A DNA stretch of 64,000 nt from Psammoneis japonica. Lineage: Eukaryota. The stretch is taken from positions 124,001-188,000 of the forward strand of contig QPGO01000106.1 in NCBI GenBank assembly GCA_008632985.1, given 5' to 3'. Below are positions 21,258 to 35,910 of this stretch, piece by piece (position 1 is the stretch's first letter; each line of letters starts with the position of its first letter). Under the pieces are notes generated by a model. That model made no database searches. It was not told where the DNA came from and was given only the letters and a program-made list of their open reading frames with translations. The position numbers and the translations under genes are program-made.

Positions 21258-24200
21258 ATGGCGGAAGAGGCTGAACCGGACACAGCCTCGTGGGTCGAAG
21301 TCAAAGTAACCTCCTTGTTTACGGCAGTGACGACAGCCGCATTTCTTATTGTTTTCGAAATGGCTCGGCGTTCTCCTTATCTTTCTCAAGTGTTTGATCG
21401 TCGAAGAACGACAAACTTTTTAAAAGGAAAAGTACCGCCGCCCCTGAGCCGAAAAAGCATACTGGAATGGCTTTTTGTGTCTACAGACCCGGAATATTTA
21501 GAATACTGTGAAATGGCACATATGAAACAAGTTGTTGAAGAACGCAAACGACAACAGATTGCGGCAGGAACAAGAGATTTTGACGAGGTAAGAAGCCGCC
21601 ATGGCGCAAATATCGGATGATCCGGCTCTTTTTGCACAGCATTGATTCGTGGCAAGAATGAATTTATTCGTTCTCATAGCTTTTCATTGATTCCAAAAAT
21701 GCCACCAAACTGATCCACGTAGAAATAGTACTGGGCAACTCCGATCGTGCTTTGAAATGCAAACTTAAGCATTGTATATGAATATTCAACTTTGCACATG
21801 TTGTTGCTCACATTTTCATTATTTTTTGTCTTCACATTTTTTTGTCTTCACCCAAGTCACGCATCGCATCTTCTTCATCACCTTCCAACCTCGACGCTAT
21901 TCCAGAAGAGGAAACCGATGACGAAGATGAAGACGATTCTTCCTCAAATGAAGTAGAAGATGAGGAAGGAGATATTGAAGAGGGTCGCCCTGGTTTGTCC
22001 AAAACTGACGGAGGTTTAGCCGCGAAGGTTTCAATCGCGAGTAGTTTGCAAGGTTCAATCATTCGAAAAAAGCCACGTCGTAATAACATTGGACGCGTAT
22101 CTCATCCTCTGACTCCAGATGTGGTCATTATTGACGGTCGTCGACTGCCAGCCAAAGTCGCCGACTACGCACTTAGTGGCGATCTGACGGAATCGCAGAT
22201 TGAGCGATACGAGGAAAAGTTGATTGAGAAAGAGAACAAGGAGGAGCGCGAGTTTCGACAACGACAAAAAGGACATCGTTCTCATTGGTGTTTTTGGAAA
22301 TTGCAATTTCTTGGGACACAATCTCGTATTAGACGTGGTCGTCTCTGCTGCAACAAGCGAAATGCACCTCCCTCTCCTTCTTCCGAGGATGGTTCAGACG
22401 GGGCCAAGTCGGCTCGTACATTAACCACTGCAGGCAGTATGAGTCCTCCTAGTCCCGAATCGCGCATGTCTCGCGTTTCCTCGGGAAGATCCATTCTGAG
22501 CAACTTTCTTGGTGATTCTCCCATGTCAGGTTTTGTTATGAATCGTCATTTGAAGTCCACGGCGGTGCAGAGCAAACGCCCACTCGAACCTGCCGATCGG
22601 GAGTTGTTGCGCTGTATTGGATTGGATGCCTTTGTCATGATTCGCTTTTTGCGGTTGGGATTTGACTGTACTTTTTATCCCTTTCTCTTGGCGTGTCTCA
22701 CGTTGGGACCCACCTATGCGACCAATGATTACGATGGAGACTCGGATGGTGTGTCAAACGAGGGGTATTTCCGCTTTACGATCAATACCTTGGAACCGGA
22801 TTCGCCTCGACTTTGGGTGCCGTGGGCATTTTCCATTTTGTACTTTTCCTATGTGTTGCGCAAGATGTGGATTGAATGGGAGACGTTCATGGTTTTACGG
22901 TTTGACTTTCTTGCAAATGGCGATCTCAAGACACCAGAGCTCGAAAACAACAAAGCCCTGATAAAGGAAGACGTTCGACTTCATCTTGAACAGTATCGCA
23001 ACTCTTGTTTGGTAGAATACATTCCTGAGTCGCATCAACGTGACAAGGAGCTTTTTGAGTTTTTTGACGCTGTCTTTCCGAATCAAATCAAGCGTGCAGA
23101 GGTGCTTCTTAATGCCGTGACTTTGACTAAGCTTGTTAAAGAACGGAAGCGATACGTGGAAGCGTATGAGAACACTGCCGCCCAACATTATCATGCAAAA
23201 CAGAAATACCGTAGGCAGGTTGAGCATGCCAAGCACGGCGGTTGTTGCCGCAGTGCTCCAGAACCACCGGAAGAGCCCATGATTCCGATAGGACGAAAGA
23301 GCATGTTTTGCTGTGGAAACCAGAAAATGGTGAGGGCGCTTCCACACTATCTTTCCGAGATTAAGCGACTCAATGGTGAGGTCGAAGAGGAGCATCGGCG
23401 CATCATGGAGGAGAAGCACAAGGCCGAAGATAAGGAAGAGTCACAGAATATCTTCTCCTTTGGCCTGAGACAAGGCTTGAAGTATGTGGTGGGGGCTGGT
23501 ACCGAGTTCACGGTACGTTCGCAATCAGTGTCGTTCCGCACATTTTTACATATCATATCTTATCATTCTTCTGCTTGGTTCTGCAGTGTGCAACTGGCTT
23601 CGTCGAGTTCACGAACCTCACTGCCAAGCAATGTGGTAAGATTCTCAGTTTGCTTTTATCCGAAGTAGCTGTATTCCGGTCTGTCTCTAATTTTAAATCC
23701 CCTCCACGTGAACCACAGCAATTCAGTGCAACATTTCGGGGACTACAGACTTTATGCTGACCACCCCGGCTCCAGACCCACAGGATCTCGTTTGGAAGAA
23801 CGCTACTGTCGAAGTTGACACCATCCGTGTGAAACGCGTTCAGTGCGATGCCCTACTATTCACCGCGGCACTCTTCTGGTCAGTAGTTGTCACATTCATC
23901 ACGAGTATTTCGAATATGGACAAGCTGGAAGACGTTCTACCGGAAAACATGATTCCGGAAGAGGATAGTTTTTGGTATGGTCTCATCCAAGGTTATGTGC
24001 CCGTTCTATTTCTGGAATTCTTCATGTTATTTGTTCCTATTGTTTTGCGAATTGTCGGAAAGCAATTTATTCGTTTCAAGACAAGGTCCGAAGTCGATCA
24101 GTTTGTGTTCTTTTGGCATTTCGTTTATCGAGTTTGCAATTTGCTCATCATTATGATTTCTGGGAGTATCTTTTCGATGCTTCAGGACTTTCAGTCAAGT

Positions 24201-25534
24201 CCAAGCGATGCGGTGACTCAACTTGCGTCCAACATTGCGCAATCATCTCAGTTCTTTTTGAACAACATGATCTTTGCAGCCGGTACCGAGGCTTCGTGGG
24301 AACTTGCCCAAATGCCCAAGATGTTTGTGCATTTTATCACATACCGGATTGTAACGGTGGAAGCAAAGAGTATGCGTTCACTTGAAAAGCTAGATAAGGC
24401 GGAGAGGTTTGAGTGGGGTCACGTTATACCGCCGTTCATATTCGCGTTTCTCGTGTCGTAAGTATGGTGCTTGGCATTCGCAGCCGCTGCTCTGCATGCG
24501 TTTCTCTCACTCATTCCTATTTCCTTCACCTCCGTCGATCCTCTTGACAGGGCTGTGTATTGGTAAGCTCCGCAAGTGGGACTGGCAATCGATTTTGTGT
24601 TTTCTTGGCGTGCGCAATCGACTAACACGCATTGTTGTTGTCCTTTGTGCTGCAGTGCAATGGTTCCGGTACTACTCGGGGCATGCGCTATCTTTTTCTA
24701 CATCTCGTACAAGGTTTACATGTACCAAGCCCTGTAAGTTTTTCTTGAGTGTTGTCGCATTTCGTGTAGTTTTGCGGTATGGGAGTGCTAACATCTATGG
24801 TTGAATTGACACCGGCAGATACGTCTACGCTCAACCTTATGAAGGAGGTGGCAAGCTGATGTATATGATAAATCGAACGGTGTTCATCATAATTTACATT
24901 GCTGTTATTATCTTTTCGACGGTGTTGGGATTGCGTCAGGCTACTGTGCAAGCTCCGTCTTTCTTCTTCGTTATGATGGCTTTTACCATCTTTGTAGACA
25001 TCAAAATCTCAAAGAAGTTTGTAACACCAAGCCTTTCGCTTGCGCTCCCAACCGCAAGAATCATTGATGAGGAGAACAAGGTAAGTTGCAATAAGAGCTC
25101 TGTCGCTGTAGCGTCGCCACACGTACCCTCGCTCACACGTCATGTTCTCATTATGACCACAGATGATGGAGGAGCGTGCTCGTCGTTACAAAGAGTACAG
25201 AGCTGCAAAGCTCGAGAAGAGCAAGCAAGATAAAAGGAATTCCCGCACGTCTAAGAGGCTGGAAAAGCTTGAAGAAATAGAAAACGGCACGCCGGAGAGG
25301 CGAAGGATCCAGTTTTCAGATAAAGAGGCGAGCTCCAATGGGCAGCCACGACGTCGTGACGGAAGTAGCTCAGCCACGGATACTTCAGAGCTCCGAAGTT
25401 CTCCAGAGTCAAAGGAAAGCAACGTTAAATCAAAATCAAATTGGGAGGCGAGCAAGAAGTATGAATTCTATTTGTACAGGCAACCAATCATGAACAAGAC
25501 TTTGTGGGAAACCAAGCCTCGTCCCTATCGTTGA
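21258..25534 (+). CDS. CSC1/OSCA (DUF221, RSN1_7TM) mechanosensitive channel, multi-exon
   Basis: N-terminal TM; IGLDAFVMIRFLRLG; ATGFVEF; PAPDPQDLVWKN; multi-TM region; YVYAQPYEGGG; several GT-AG introns. Exon edges not fully resolved. Confidence 0.9.
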
Positions 25535-25666
25535 TACTACTCTCGTAGTGACGCTGGCTGCCACACCCTTGTCTCCAGAAATATGCTGATTCCGCATACT
25601 AGGAGCAGAGAGCAAGCAATCATCCATGTAACAATTTAAAACAACTGTTATAAAATTATGAATTCT

Positions 25667-27892
25667 TCACATTATTGTACAGGCGCCGCATGTCGCCGAG
25701 GCGGTTTGTTGTGCTTGAGCTTCCGCATCATTGGTACCCTCCTTTTTTGTACTCGCACCTGTAACGCTTTGGACGACCTCCTTCATCCCAGTCATGTCGA
25801 GGCACCTGGAAGCTGCGTCTGCAATGGGGTCGTTCTTTCTGTCTTCTTCGAGTTCATCGTCCGGAAAGTCCGATGATCCGACCGCGGGTTTTGTCACCTT
25901 TACATCGTCTCCATTCTTTGGCCCTTGTTGTTTCTCTGTGGTTGCGCTTTCCTTTGTACTTTCTATCGCTTCCGTAGGCGAAACGGTTCGCGAGGTGACT
26001 TCCACAGCCACCGGAGCGACACCCGACTCGCCCATGGGTTTTGGCTTCTTCACTTCCCCATCTCCTTCACTGGCTTCCTCTGGAGTCGCCTTTTCTGCAG
26101 CCGTAGGCTCCTTCGTACCGGCCTCTTCAGCGGCTTCCTCCTCCTCCTTGGTTGTTTCCACTTGCTTCTCCGTCACTTCCGTAGCATCTGGCTCTGCAGT
26201 TCTTTCAGCTTGACTGCCAGGTTCCGATTGCGACTTGGCGCTATCCAAATTCTCTGGAACAACCGCATCAGCTGCTGCTGCTGCTGCTGCTGTATCTGCT
26301 GTAGTCGTCATTGGCTCCTTTTTTGCAGCAACCGTCTCTTCTTTGCTTTTTCTGTCGGCGCCATTTTCACTCGGTTGGACCGCTCTAGTCTCTGGAGCAG
26401 GTTCCTCCTCCTTCTCAATCATGTATCCTTTGACTGCATGGTCATTTGTTGGTTCGCTTTCTTCTTTTGGCGTCTGGGCATTTGAGGTGGTAGGTTCAAC
26501 ATTGTCTGTTTCCTCCGTTGTTTTTACTTGATCTTCCTTCATGCCCGCCTCATCGACATCACTGGCCTCCTCGGTCACTGTTGCTTTGGCGACTCCCTCC
26601 TCCTCCAATTCCTCTGGAACAAGCGCACCGGTTGCTGCATTGTTGTCTACAGTCCTTGGTGGCTTTGGTTCCTCCTCCTCTTGCCTCGGTTCAGCCTCTT
26701 TTGTTGCGTCGGTTGGAACAGCCTTCTCCTCCACCTTTTTGGGTTCCACAATTGCGTGATGGCCAGTTGGTTCGTCCTTGCCTCATGTACGGCCAGATCG
26801 TTGGTTGGTTCCTCCGTCTCGCCCATTTCGACAATATCCTCCTCTGTTGTTGTTTTGTCGGCATTTTCAACAGCAATCGGTTTCGTCGCTGGTGAATCCT
26901 CCACGGGTGTTTCATCCGATGGAGTCGACGATATCTCGATAGCAATGGGTTCCGCTGCCGCTGGTGTTTCCTCCACGGGTGTTTCATCTGACGGAGTCAA
27001 CGATGTCTCGATCGTATCGGGCTCGTTTGATCTTGTTGGTTCTGCGGCCTCCTCTAAGGTTGGTTTGTCATGTTGTGCTTTGGGTGAGGCGGTAGGTTTG
27101 TCGTCGGCGTCTGTAGGAATTATGATGTCGTCCGGTGATGGCTCCTTGTCTGTCTCTGGCACATTGAAATTAGAATTGACGTTTTCTGTTGATTCTTTAT
27201 CCGCACTTTTTTCTACGGATTCGGGTGTTTCATCCGACGGAATCGATTCTTCCTCCTCGACACTGGATTCTTTCGTTATTGCGGTCTCCGCCTCCACCAC
27301 TTTTGCTTTGTTTAATACAACAGCAGCCGGTTCTTCTGTCTCTACCATTTTTTTTGTATCTGTATCCATGGCTTCTTTTGCCTCATCATGTACTACATTG
27401 TATGCTTTTTCGGGGAGATTGGGTTCGACAGTTATTTCATCCGTTGTATTGGCGTCTTCCTCCACTACTGCAGGCCTTTTTTCTTTTGAATCTTGCTCAA
27501 TGGAATCTTTGGCAGTCGGTGCCTCCTCTTTTTCTTTTGCTGGTTCGGCTGACGACGACTCAATACCACCTAATGGTTGTTTGGGGGAAACATCATCGTG
27601 GCTTGTTTCTTCTTTTGATACTTCTGCTCTAGTTGTTGTCGTTGGTATAGGATTGTTTGGTGCTTCTGGTAGTGTCGATTCCGTTGCTGCTGTTGCTGCT
27701 ACCTTTTCCGAAATTTCATTTTCAACAACTTGCTCGTCCGTGGGAACGTCCGGCACATTCGGAAAATCATCATTGTCCTCCTTGGCAAGTGGTGGTAAAA
27801 TGGCATCGTCCGCGACTACTTCCTTGGCATTATCACCTTTGACATGTTCCATGATGGTTGCGTTTTCGACAAAAGGCTTCTTGTTCTGACAT
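25667..27892 (-). CDS. Glu/Thr/Ala-rich low-complexity protein with C-terminal CaaX motif
   Basis: Two overlapping acidic ORFs joined by a probable indel near 26750. Internal PSDETP repeats; ends ATCGACTIM*. The start at 27892 assumes another indel; the alternative ATG is at 27852. Confidence 0.7.
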
Positions 27893-28593
27893 GATGGTTG
27901 TGGTGTCAAGGAATGATGGGTGTGTTTTTGTTCTTTTGCCGCATGCTTTTCACTCCAGGCCCGTTGGCGAAAAAGTGAGGCAACTTTCTTCGAATGAAAC
28001 ACTACGATGCTGTAGACGTTGATAAGAAATTCACTATGAAAATTTTCATACAAATCAAAAGTCTTTAATACATTATTTTTAATAAATATACTATTAAATA
28101 ATATAGACGTATTTTTATTATGTGTTTCATTTTATGTCATTTTTAAAATCTCACACCCGATACAAAAATGATTTACTATCATCCACTTTGAGCGTCACTA
28201 CCAAACTCCACGATCCTTCCACGTTCCTTGGAAAACCTCCGGAATCAAGAATACCACCGCCTGTGATTTCCACGACACGGCGCAAGTTCCACCCCAAAGT
28301 CGAGAAGTTTGGTCATTCGCGTCGTTGGCATGTGTTGTCTACACAAATCCCCCGTACAGTTTCTACTGGTTCGTCAGTTGAATTTCAAAAACCACGTGTT
28401 TTGTACCAAATCTACGAGAAGTTACAAACAAGCTCACATTCTGCTTCGGTCTTGGTGCGAGAACCAAAAGAAGAAAAGATCGCTCCACACTTGCTGTGTT
28501 GTTGTTGCGACCTACACGTTTTTGGTTGTTTATCATTCATCACAATCTCTCTCTAGTCAACGCGAGCAAAGCAACAACAATACCGTCACACAC

Positions 28594-31265
28594 ATGCCTC
28601 CTCAAGAAAACACCACCACCACCACCACCATGACTACTACATCTTCTTCCAAAAAGCTATCGTTTTGTGAAGAACGTTACGGTCCCTATCCACGTGCCAT
28701 TCCCATTCCGGCTCTTTCCAAAGACAGCAATGATACACCCAGTGTCAGTGTCGTCCAATCGGCAAAGACCATGTTTGACATGCCTCCCGATCATCGTGAT
28801 GTTGGTACACCTGATGAATGGGTCCCACGTGATGGACGATTGGTGCGTTTGACGGGACGTCATCCCTTTAATGTCGAACCACCGTTGAGTATTCACAATC
28901 AATACAAATTCATTACACCCTCCTCTCTTCATTATGTCCGTAATCACGGTGCGTGTCCAAAACTATCCTGGGACGAGCACACGATTGACGTCGGTGGTCC
29001 ACTCTTGACCAAGCCCTATTCGATTGGCATGGATGAATTGGCGGGATGGAACCACGTGAATTGCCCGTCACGTTGGTATGTGCCGGCAATCGTCGTAAGG
29101 AACAAAACATGATTCGTCAAACGATTGGTTTCAATTGGGGACCCTCCGGTGTGTCGACCAATGTATGGAAGGGTGTCTTGTTGCGAGATTTGTTGATTCG
29201 GGGTGGAATTGATCCTGAAACGATGGATATGGAAGATAAGCACGTGGAGTTTATTGGAGTAGAAGATCTTCCAAACAAGGTTGGACCGGGGCCGTTTCCC
29301 GATGAGCCGTGGGGCAAATTGGTAAAGTATGGAACTTCGGTTCCTCTGGCACGAGCCATGAATCCCGCCTACGACATTCTCATTGCCTACCAAGCCAACG
29401 GTGAAGTCCTTCAGCCCGATCACGGATTCCCGTTCGTCTCATTATTCCCGGATACATTGGTGGACGCATGATCAAGTGGCTCAAGACCATCAATGTGATT
29501 GAGCACGAAACCAAGAATCACTATCACTACCATGACAACCGTATCCTTCCGCCACACATTACAGCCGAAGAGTCTCTCAAGGGTGAATGGTGGTACAAAC
29601 CCGAGTACATTTTCAACGAACTCAACATCAATTCCGCCATTTCGGCACCCGATCATCAAGAAACCTTGAGCATTGCCAAGAATATTGGCAAGGACTACGA
29701 GATGGCAGGTTACGCTTACACGGGTGGCGGCCGCAAAATTACTCGTGTCGAAATTACGACGGACGGCGGTATTCATTGGGAACTGGCCGAGATTGAACGC
29801 AAGGAAAAGCCTACGCCGCACGGCATGTATTGGTGTTGGATTTGGTGGACCTACAAGATTGCCGTGGCGGATTTGGTGGGATGCAAGGAAATTTGGGTCC
29901 GTGCATGGGATGAGTCCAACAATCCCCAACCGACCAATCCGACATGGAACTTGATGGGTATGGGTAACAATCAAGTCTTTCGTGTCAAGGTGCACATGGA
30001 CAAGACGGCTGCCGGGGAACACGTGTTTCGCTTTGAACATCCCACTCAACCCGGACAAGAAACGGGTGGTTGGATGACGACGGCTGCCGGTAAGCCCGAC
30101 AGTGCCGGATTTGGACGGCTCTTGGATCAAGTCGAAGCGTCCGCCGAGGCGGCACCTGCACCGCCACCCAAGAATGTCAAGGGACGACTCATCACCATGA
30201 AGGAAGTTGAAGAACACAATACCGAAGAAGATGTTTGGATTGTCGTCAAGGATAAGGTGTACGATTGTACCGAATACCTTGAACTCCATCCCGGTGGTAT
30301 TGATTCCATTGTCATTAACGCCGGTGGAGACGCTACTGAAGACTTTGTGGCGATCCATTCCGTCAAGGCTACCAACATGTTGGAAAAGTTTTATATTGGT
30401 AACCTCGATACCAAGTCTATCCAAAAGACCGACAAGAAGGAGAATGAAGACGACACCATGGTGGATGCGCAGGGACGCAAATTGCCTTGAACCCCAAGAA
30501 AAAGATTGGATTTCGTCTACAGAAAAAGGTACAGCTGTCGCGAGATTCGTATCTTTTGGACTTTGCTCTACAAAGTCCCGAACACATTTTGGGTTTGCCC
30601 ACGGGCAAACACTTGTTCTTGTCGGCTACCATTAATGGCGAAATGGTCATGAGACGGTACACTCCCATTTCATCCAACTACGATGTGGGTTGTGTCAAGT
30701 TTGTCATCAAGGAGTACCCGCCGGCACCCCAAGATTCCCCGAGGGAGGAAAGATGAGTCAGCACTTGGCCAAAATGAAGGAGGGAGACTTTTTGGATATG
30801 CGCGGTCCAGTGGGTGAATTTGAGTACCTGCAAGATGGCAAGTTCTTGCTGGATGGCGAAGAGTGCTTTGCGTCCCGCTTCAACTTGGTGGCGGGTGGTA
30901 CAGGTATTACACCCACCATGCAGATTGCCTCCGAGGTGTTGCGCCACCCCAGCGACACGACGCAACTCTCCCTCATTTTTGCGTGCCGTGAAGAAAACGA
31001 TTTATTGTGTCGTTCGACGCTCGACGAATGGGCCAAGACCTTCCCCGACAAGTTTAAAGTCCATTACATTTTGAGTGATCGTTGGAGAAAGGATTGGCAA
31101 TACTCGACGGGCTTTGTCAACAAGGACTTGTTTGAAGAACACTTTTATCCCGCCGGCGACGATGTTTACAATCTCATGTGTGGACCGCCCATCATGATTG
31201 ACAAGGGATGCACTCCCAATCTCGAGGCTCTTGGACATACCAAGGACCGAATGTTTGCCTTTTAG
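28594..31265 (+). CDS. NR: Assimilatory nitrate reductase, copy 1 (four apparent frameshifts)
   Basis: Moco domain ([25 protein letters not shown]), dimer domain, cytochrome b5 (HPGG) and FAD/NADH domain ([19 protein letters not shown]). Frame breaks near 29046, 29433, 30485 and 30730. Confidence 0.96.
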
Positions 31266-31731
31266 ACAATATTTGCTCACGATGATCACAAGAGCATACA
31301 AGCCAGTTTTGATTATTCCAATATAGTACATATTATTTGCAACTCACTTTGACAATGGATGTTGGCCTTATTAGACTAAACCTTAGAAGATCAATTCGAA
31401 GAGATAGTTTCACACTTGCAATGGCAGTCGTTATCGCTTTGATTGACTGATATCGTAAGAATGAACCGACTTTCGTCATCGATAGATGCTCGTCAAACAG
31501 TACTGCACTTAGAGTCTCTATATTTATGTACAAATTGCTACCCAAAACACGGTGATGTTCAGTGCTCTCCTGATCATTATGTATTGTTTCTTGATTTCGT
31601 TTTACTCCACGTGGGAGGGCCTGGCAGCCTTGTTTCAATCTGGTTAGCCATGGAGCAGGAAGATAACACTGAGCATCGCTCAAAAAATTCAAAATGTGCA
31701 ATGAATACGACGGTAATAATGGATTGTCCGA

Positions 31732-34700
31732 CTACTTCACCACCATCATCGAACATGTCGAGTTGGTATGCAGACCGCCGCACTGAGTGACTGTAACGTT
31801 GAAATTGATTTTGGTGCCCACGCCTCCTGAACTTGAGATTGTTGCAGTGTCACCAATAAATGTGACCTTGCACTCACTGGAGCCCTTCTTGCCGCTCTTT
31901 TTACCACACTTCTTGGAGCTGCTCTTTTTGCCTTTCTTACCGTGCTGCTCGCCACAAGTGCAATTGTAGCCCGTGATCTCTACTGTAATATCGTTTGGGG
32001 AGTAGCAATTGTCTTCGGCTGTTGCCACGGTCATGCTGAGAGGATGCACCTGACTGACATCATCGGGACTTATGTCAAAGGTCTCACACAGAACTGTGGG
32101 AGGCGTCGTGTCTTGCACTGTAATCTCTTGTGTGTACTGAGCGGAATTACCGTCGCTATCCTCAGTGGAGAAAACGCGAGAGAGGGAGTAGCTAAAATCA
32201 CAAGCTCCATGCGTTCGCGTATCAGAGGCGGTGACTTCTAGGGGCGCGTCACCAATCGTCGGACAATTATCCTCTGCTGTGACTTTGGCTGGTGCTGGAA
32301 TTGCGTCGCATTCCACTAACTCGTCTGCTGGCACTCCATGAAGCACAGGCGACTGATTGTCCATGACAATAACGGTAGCAAAGCAGTGACTAGACAATTT
32401 GCTGACCCCGCTAGTCACAAGGAGAGACACGGGATTTTCACCAACACTGTATGGACCAGCCGGCTCCTGGACAACCGTCAATGTCCCACCAGCGGGATCG
32501 TAACTAGAATTGTCGACTGATGCAGTGCCAATCGAGCATTTTCCTGCTTCAGCGTTGACCTCTACGTCGTGGCAGAGAGCAGCAGGACGAGTGACCTCAA
32601 TTGCAGCCTTGATTGCAGCTGTGAAAGCTTGCCCGATCCCACTCGCACTACCACCAAGACAGACAATCGGATCGCCCTCTCCAATCGTAGCTCTGTCGAG
32701 AGAACAGAAGAAAACGTATGAGTAACTCGGATTTTTCGCAGGTGGACTAATCTTTCGTTCTGATACTTACGAGCCGCAGTTTACACCGCCGTAAGGAGCC
32801 ACAGCACCCGTGGCCAAGGCAATTTGTTCCAGTTGAGAAATAGCTTCTGATGGTGTTCCATCTCTCGCAACACTGACGACTTTCACTGACTGAGAGGTAA
32901 ACTCTTGCAGACGACGACGAACAGTGACACCAGCAGCGCGCAGTGAAGTGATCGTGTGGTTAAAGGTAGGACCAGGGTGGTCTCCCTCATCGTGAAAGCC
33001 CGAGTCCGTCCACATCAAGATGAAGCGGGCCGAACCAGGTCGAAACTGAGCATCTTGATTTGGATTCACATACGAATCACCAGTAGGGTCAACGGAGTAA
33101 ACGAGCGCCGCTAGTTGAGATTCCTTGTCGTCGAGGCCTCCGCCCGGGTATAAGGGTTGGCCTTTTGCCATCTTGTCGATTTCAGAAATAACAGAGTCGT
33201 AGCCATCATTGTCTCCATCTGGTGGAATAGGTACAAGACGTTGGTATGGGAAGTCGAACGACTCACCGAAGACTCCTAGTGGGTAGTCCCGGAATCTGGC
33301 CAACCCAAAGTGCACATCATCTCCCTCGTCCATGATCCTTTGTAAAATACTTGGCGCTGCTGTAATGAATGCATCAATGTCGTCTCGGAAGCTGTGTGTA
33401 TTATCAACTAAAAGATAAACATCTAGCTTGCCCGGAGGTATGACTTTCGTCACTTCAACGGTTGCGACCCCTGGTGTACTGCTTGTATCAATGGCTGTAA
33501 CTCTGATTTCACCACCAGGAAGAGCAAATGAATCCCCGGCGCCTAAATTACCTCGAAGGTCTGTCCAACGCGCTGGGTTCCTGTTACGCTGGACCGAGTG
33601 AACAAGCACACGGTCCGGATACGCACCCGTATCTTGGTTGATACCGGTATCTCGATTAAAACTGATATAATAGTCCGGAAAACCAAGGGCGATTTTAAGA
33701 ACCACCGTATGCGAGGAGTCTGAATCGCCGTACTCAGCGAGCCCGACCATTTGGTAGGTGCCTTCCTGATCAAGTAGACCAGCTTGCGCCGGAATGATTT
33801 CCGCATGGCGGTCGTCATACCCTGTATTGGAGACAACGTAGCCAACACGTAAGTTGATAGCCTCGTAGGGTGTACAATACGCCGAACTGACTTGCTAGTG
33901 TACTTACATCCCAAGAACCAGTTGTGTGGTCCGTTGAAACATCTTTGGCAAAACTCATCCCCCCCATCACTGCCTCCCATCTGTCCTGTGAAATCGCCAT
34001 ATTCTGCGCCTCCTTCCGTAGCATGGTGCAAGCCTATAGTGTGACCATATTCATGTACCTTAGAAAGGAAAATAGAAAGCATCATGATCAGCGGGCCAAA
34101 AAAAATTAGAAAAAAGGTCCCTCGGCCACCGAGAGATTCTGCACTCACATGACCACATGTCGATTCGTAAAAAGCCCTATTGAGGTTGACCGTATCGCCA
34201 ACTGCAAATCCTGGAAGAGTCCTGTTTTTCCAAAACCAGTCTAGTTCAGGTGGGAAAAAGTAAATGAACTTGTCAGCGTCGTCCTTCCAGTTTGCTCCAA
34301 GGTCCCTGGCAATCTGTGCGTCAGCAAAGCCTCTTGCTTTGGAAACACTCTCGTTGAAGACATTTTGGCTAATAGATACTTGATACACCCCGGGAGTAGC
34401 AAGCGTGTTGTCGTTAATAGATGTGGCTTTTGAAATCGTAAACTTTCCATCTGAACAGTCGTGCAAGATTGTTCTCATGTTGATTGAATCATCGAACAGG
34501 TCGTCCGCAATCTTGGCGACTGTAGGCGGATTTGTACAGGCAACTGGGCTGCAGTTGGGTGCAAGAACGCGAATTCCTAGAACAAGTTCATTGCCAAGAA
34601 CTGCTAGATGACGGTGCTCCTGTTCCGTCAATGAATGTTTCTGTGAGGCAGGTGAATTCAGACTTCATAAAGTGAGATAAATTTTGAGGAATAGAAAGAT

Positions 34701-34872
34701 GAACGGCAGTGATACGGTCTCCAAAATTTTTGCTTACATCTGCTCCCACCTGATTTCCTCGGAGAAGAGAATGTCGGAGTGGCTCTGCCATGGACTTAGG
34801 TTTTTCCAGCATGCCCTCCACATTCGGTCCGCCGTGCCAAAGAAGAAACAACCCAATGGTTTGGATCTTCAT
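31732..34872 (-). CDS. Secreted M11 (gametolysin-like) metallopeptidase with vWA and HYR-like domains, multi-exon
   Basis: Signal peptide; HEYGHTIGLHH zinc motif; vWA motif LLVDNTHSF; VQDTTPP-type repeats. Introns near 32690-32770, 33820-33910 and 34060-34150. Confidence 0.75.
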
Positions 34873-35910
34873 CGTTTTTCAACCTTTCTTCTATCAGTCC
34901 ACTGGATCTTCGGTGAAGGAAGAGGAAGCATAATGAGTGAGAGTACCGCCACATATTCATTGCCAAATAGAGAAAGAAAAGGAGAAAGGCTCGATATACG
35001 GTGTGATGGATTGTGAAAAGAAGACAAGTTCGATGCAGATCGCAGCAGGAGGTGCTCTGGCCGCCCTTCCGCCAAATCTTGCCGCGACCACGAATCACAA
35101 CTTTGGTTGTGCCACGAATCAATGCACGAATGAATAACAGCGGAAGTCTGTCTGTACATGCATTTCTACATGTTTTTGTACTGCGATCACTAACCGAATG
35201 ACTGACGGGACTGAAAGTCGTTTTGATTCTGGTCGCGCCACAAAATCATTGGAACGCAGAACTTTGATGAGGACGCTAGTCTAGCGACAGAAACCAACAT
35301 CGCAATGAAGCGCAACCAAATTGAGTAACAGACGACACAAGTTGAAATACGTGACACATATGACCATGTGCGCAGGACGAAACATGTAAATAGAGCAGTC
35401 TCTATCGATGGAGTGCACTTGAGGTGAAAATGACTCTTTTCCTTGCATTCGATCATGTCCGATGCATGATGCAAGACCTTTGCAGATGTACCGATGTTCC
35501 ATCATGGGGTGGCCCATCACAACTCACCTTTGATGGTGTTTTTGTACTTTTATGTACTTTTAGTTGTCACGAAGTGGGTCGTTTTATTTTTATGGCAACT
35601 TCCGTTGCAATATTTCTCTTCCGCAATTGCGCAAATTGAAGTTGTGAATGACGTCGCGCAAACACAGGCCTGTTTCTCGATTTTCATTGGTGAGTGTGTC
35701 GTGAGTACATCAAATTATAACGGCCAGACATGAAACACGATTTGGATGTGAGTCGGCGTTGCCGTGAGGGCAAAACGCAATGCGGATTGAATGAATATTA
35801 CTGTTTCAAATGTATTGCCTACTTCTTTGAGTATAGTATCACGTAGTGTTTCAAAAAGATGGCTTCTATATGGAGTAGGGTAGTACAAGTACGTAGTGCA
35901 TCATGTTTCC

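Noticed and set aside
26528..27889. Long plus-strand ORFs opposite real genes (also 36277-37293, 56504-57472, 61434-62564)
   Set aside because: Antisense shadows of codon-biased genes with no independent motifs.
28594..31265. NR copies and VDE as pseudogenes or programmed frameshifts
   Set aside because: Breaks are single-base indels, often in short runs (copy 1 TTCCCGTTCGT vs copy 2 TTCCCCGTCCGT), with motifs intact on both sides. Consensus error is more likely, though unverified.
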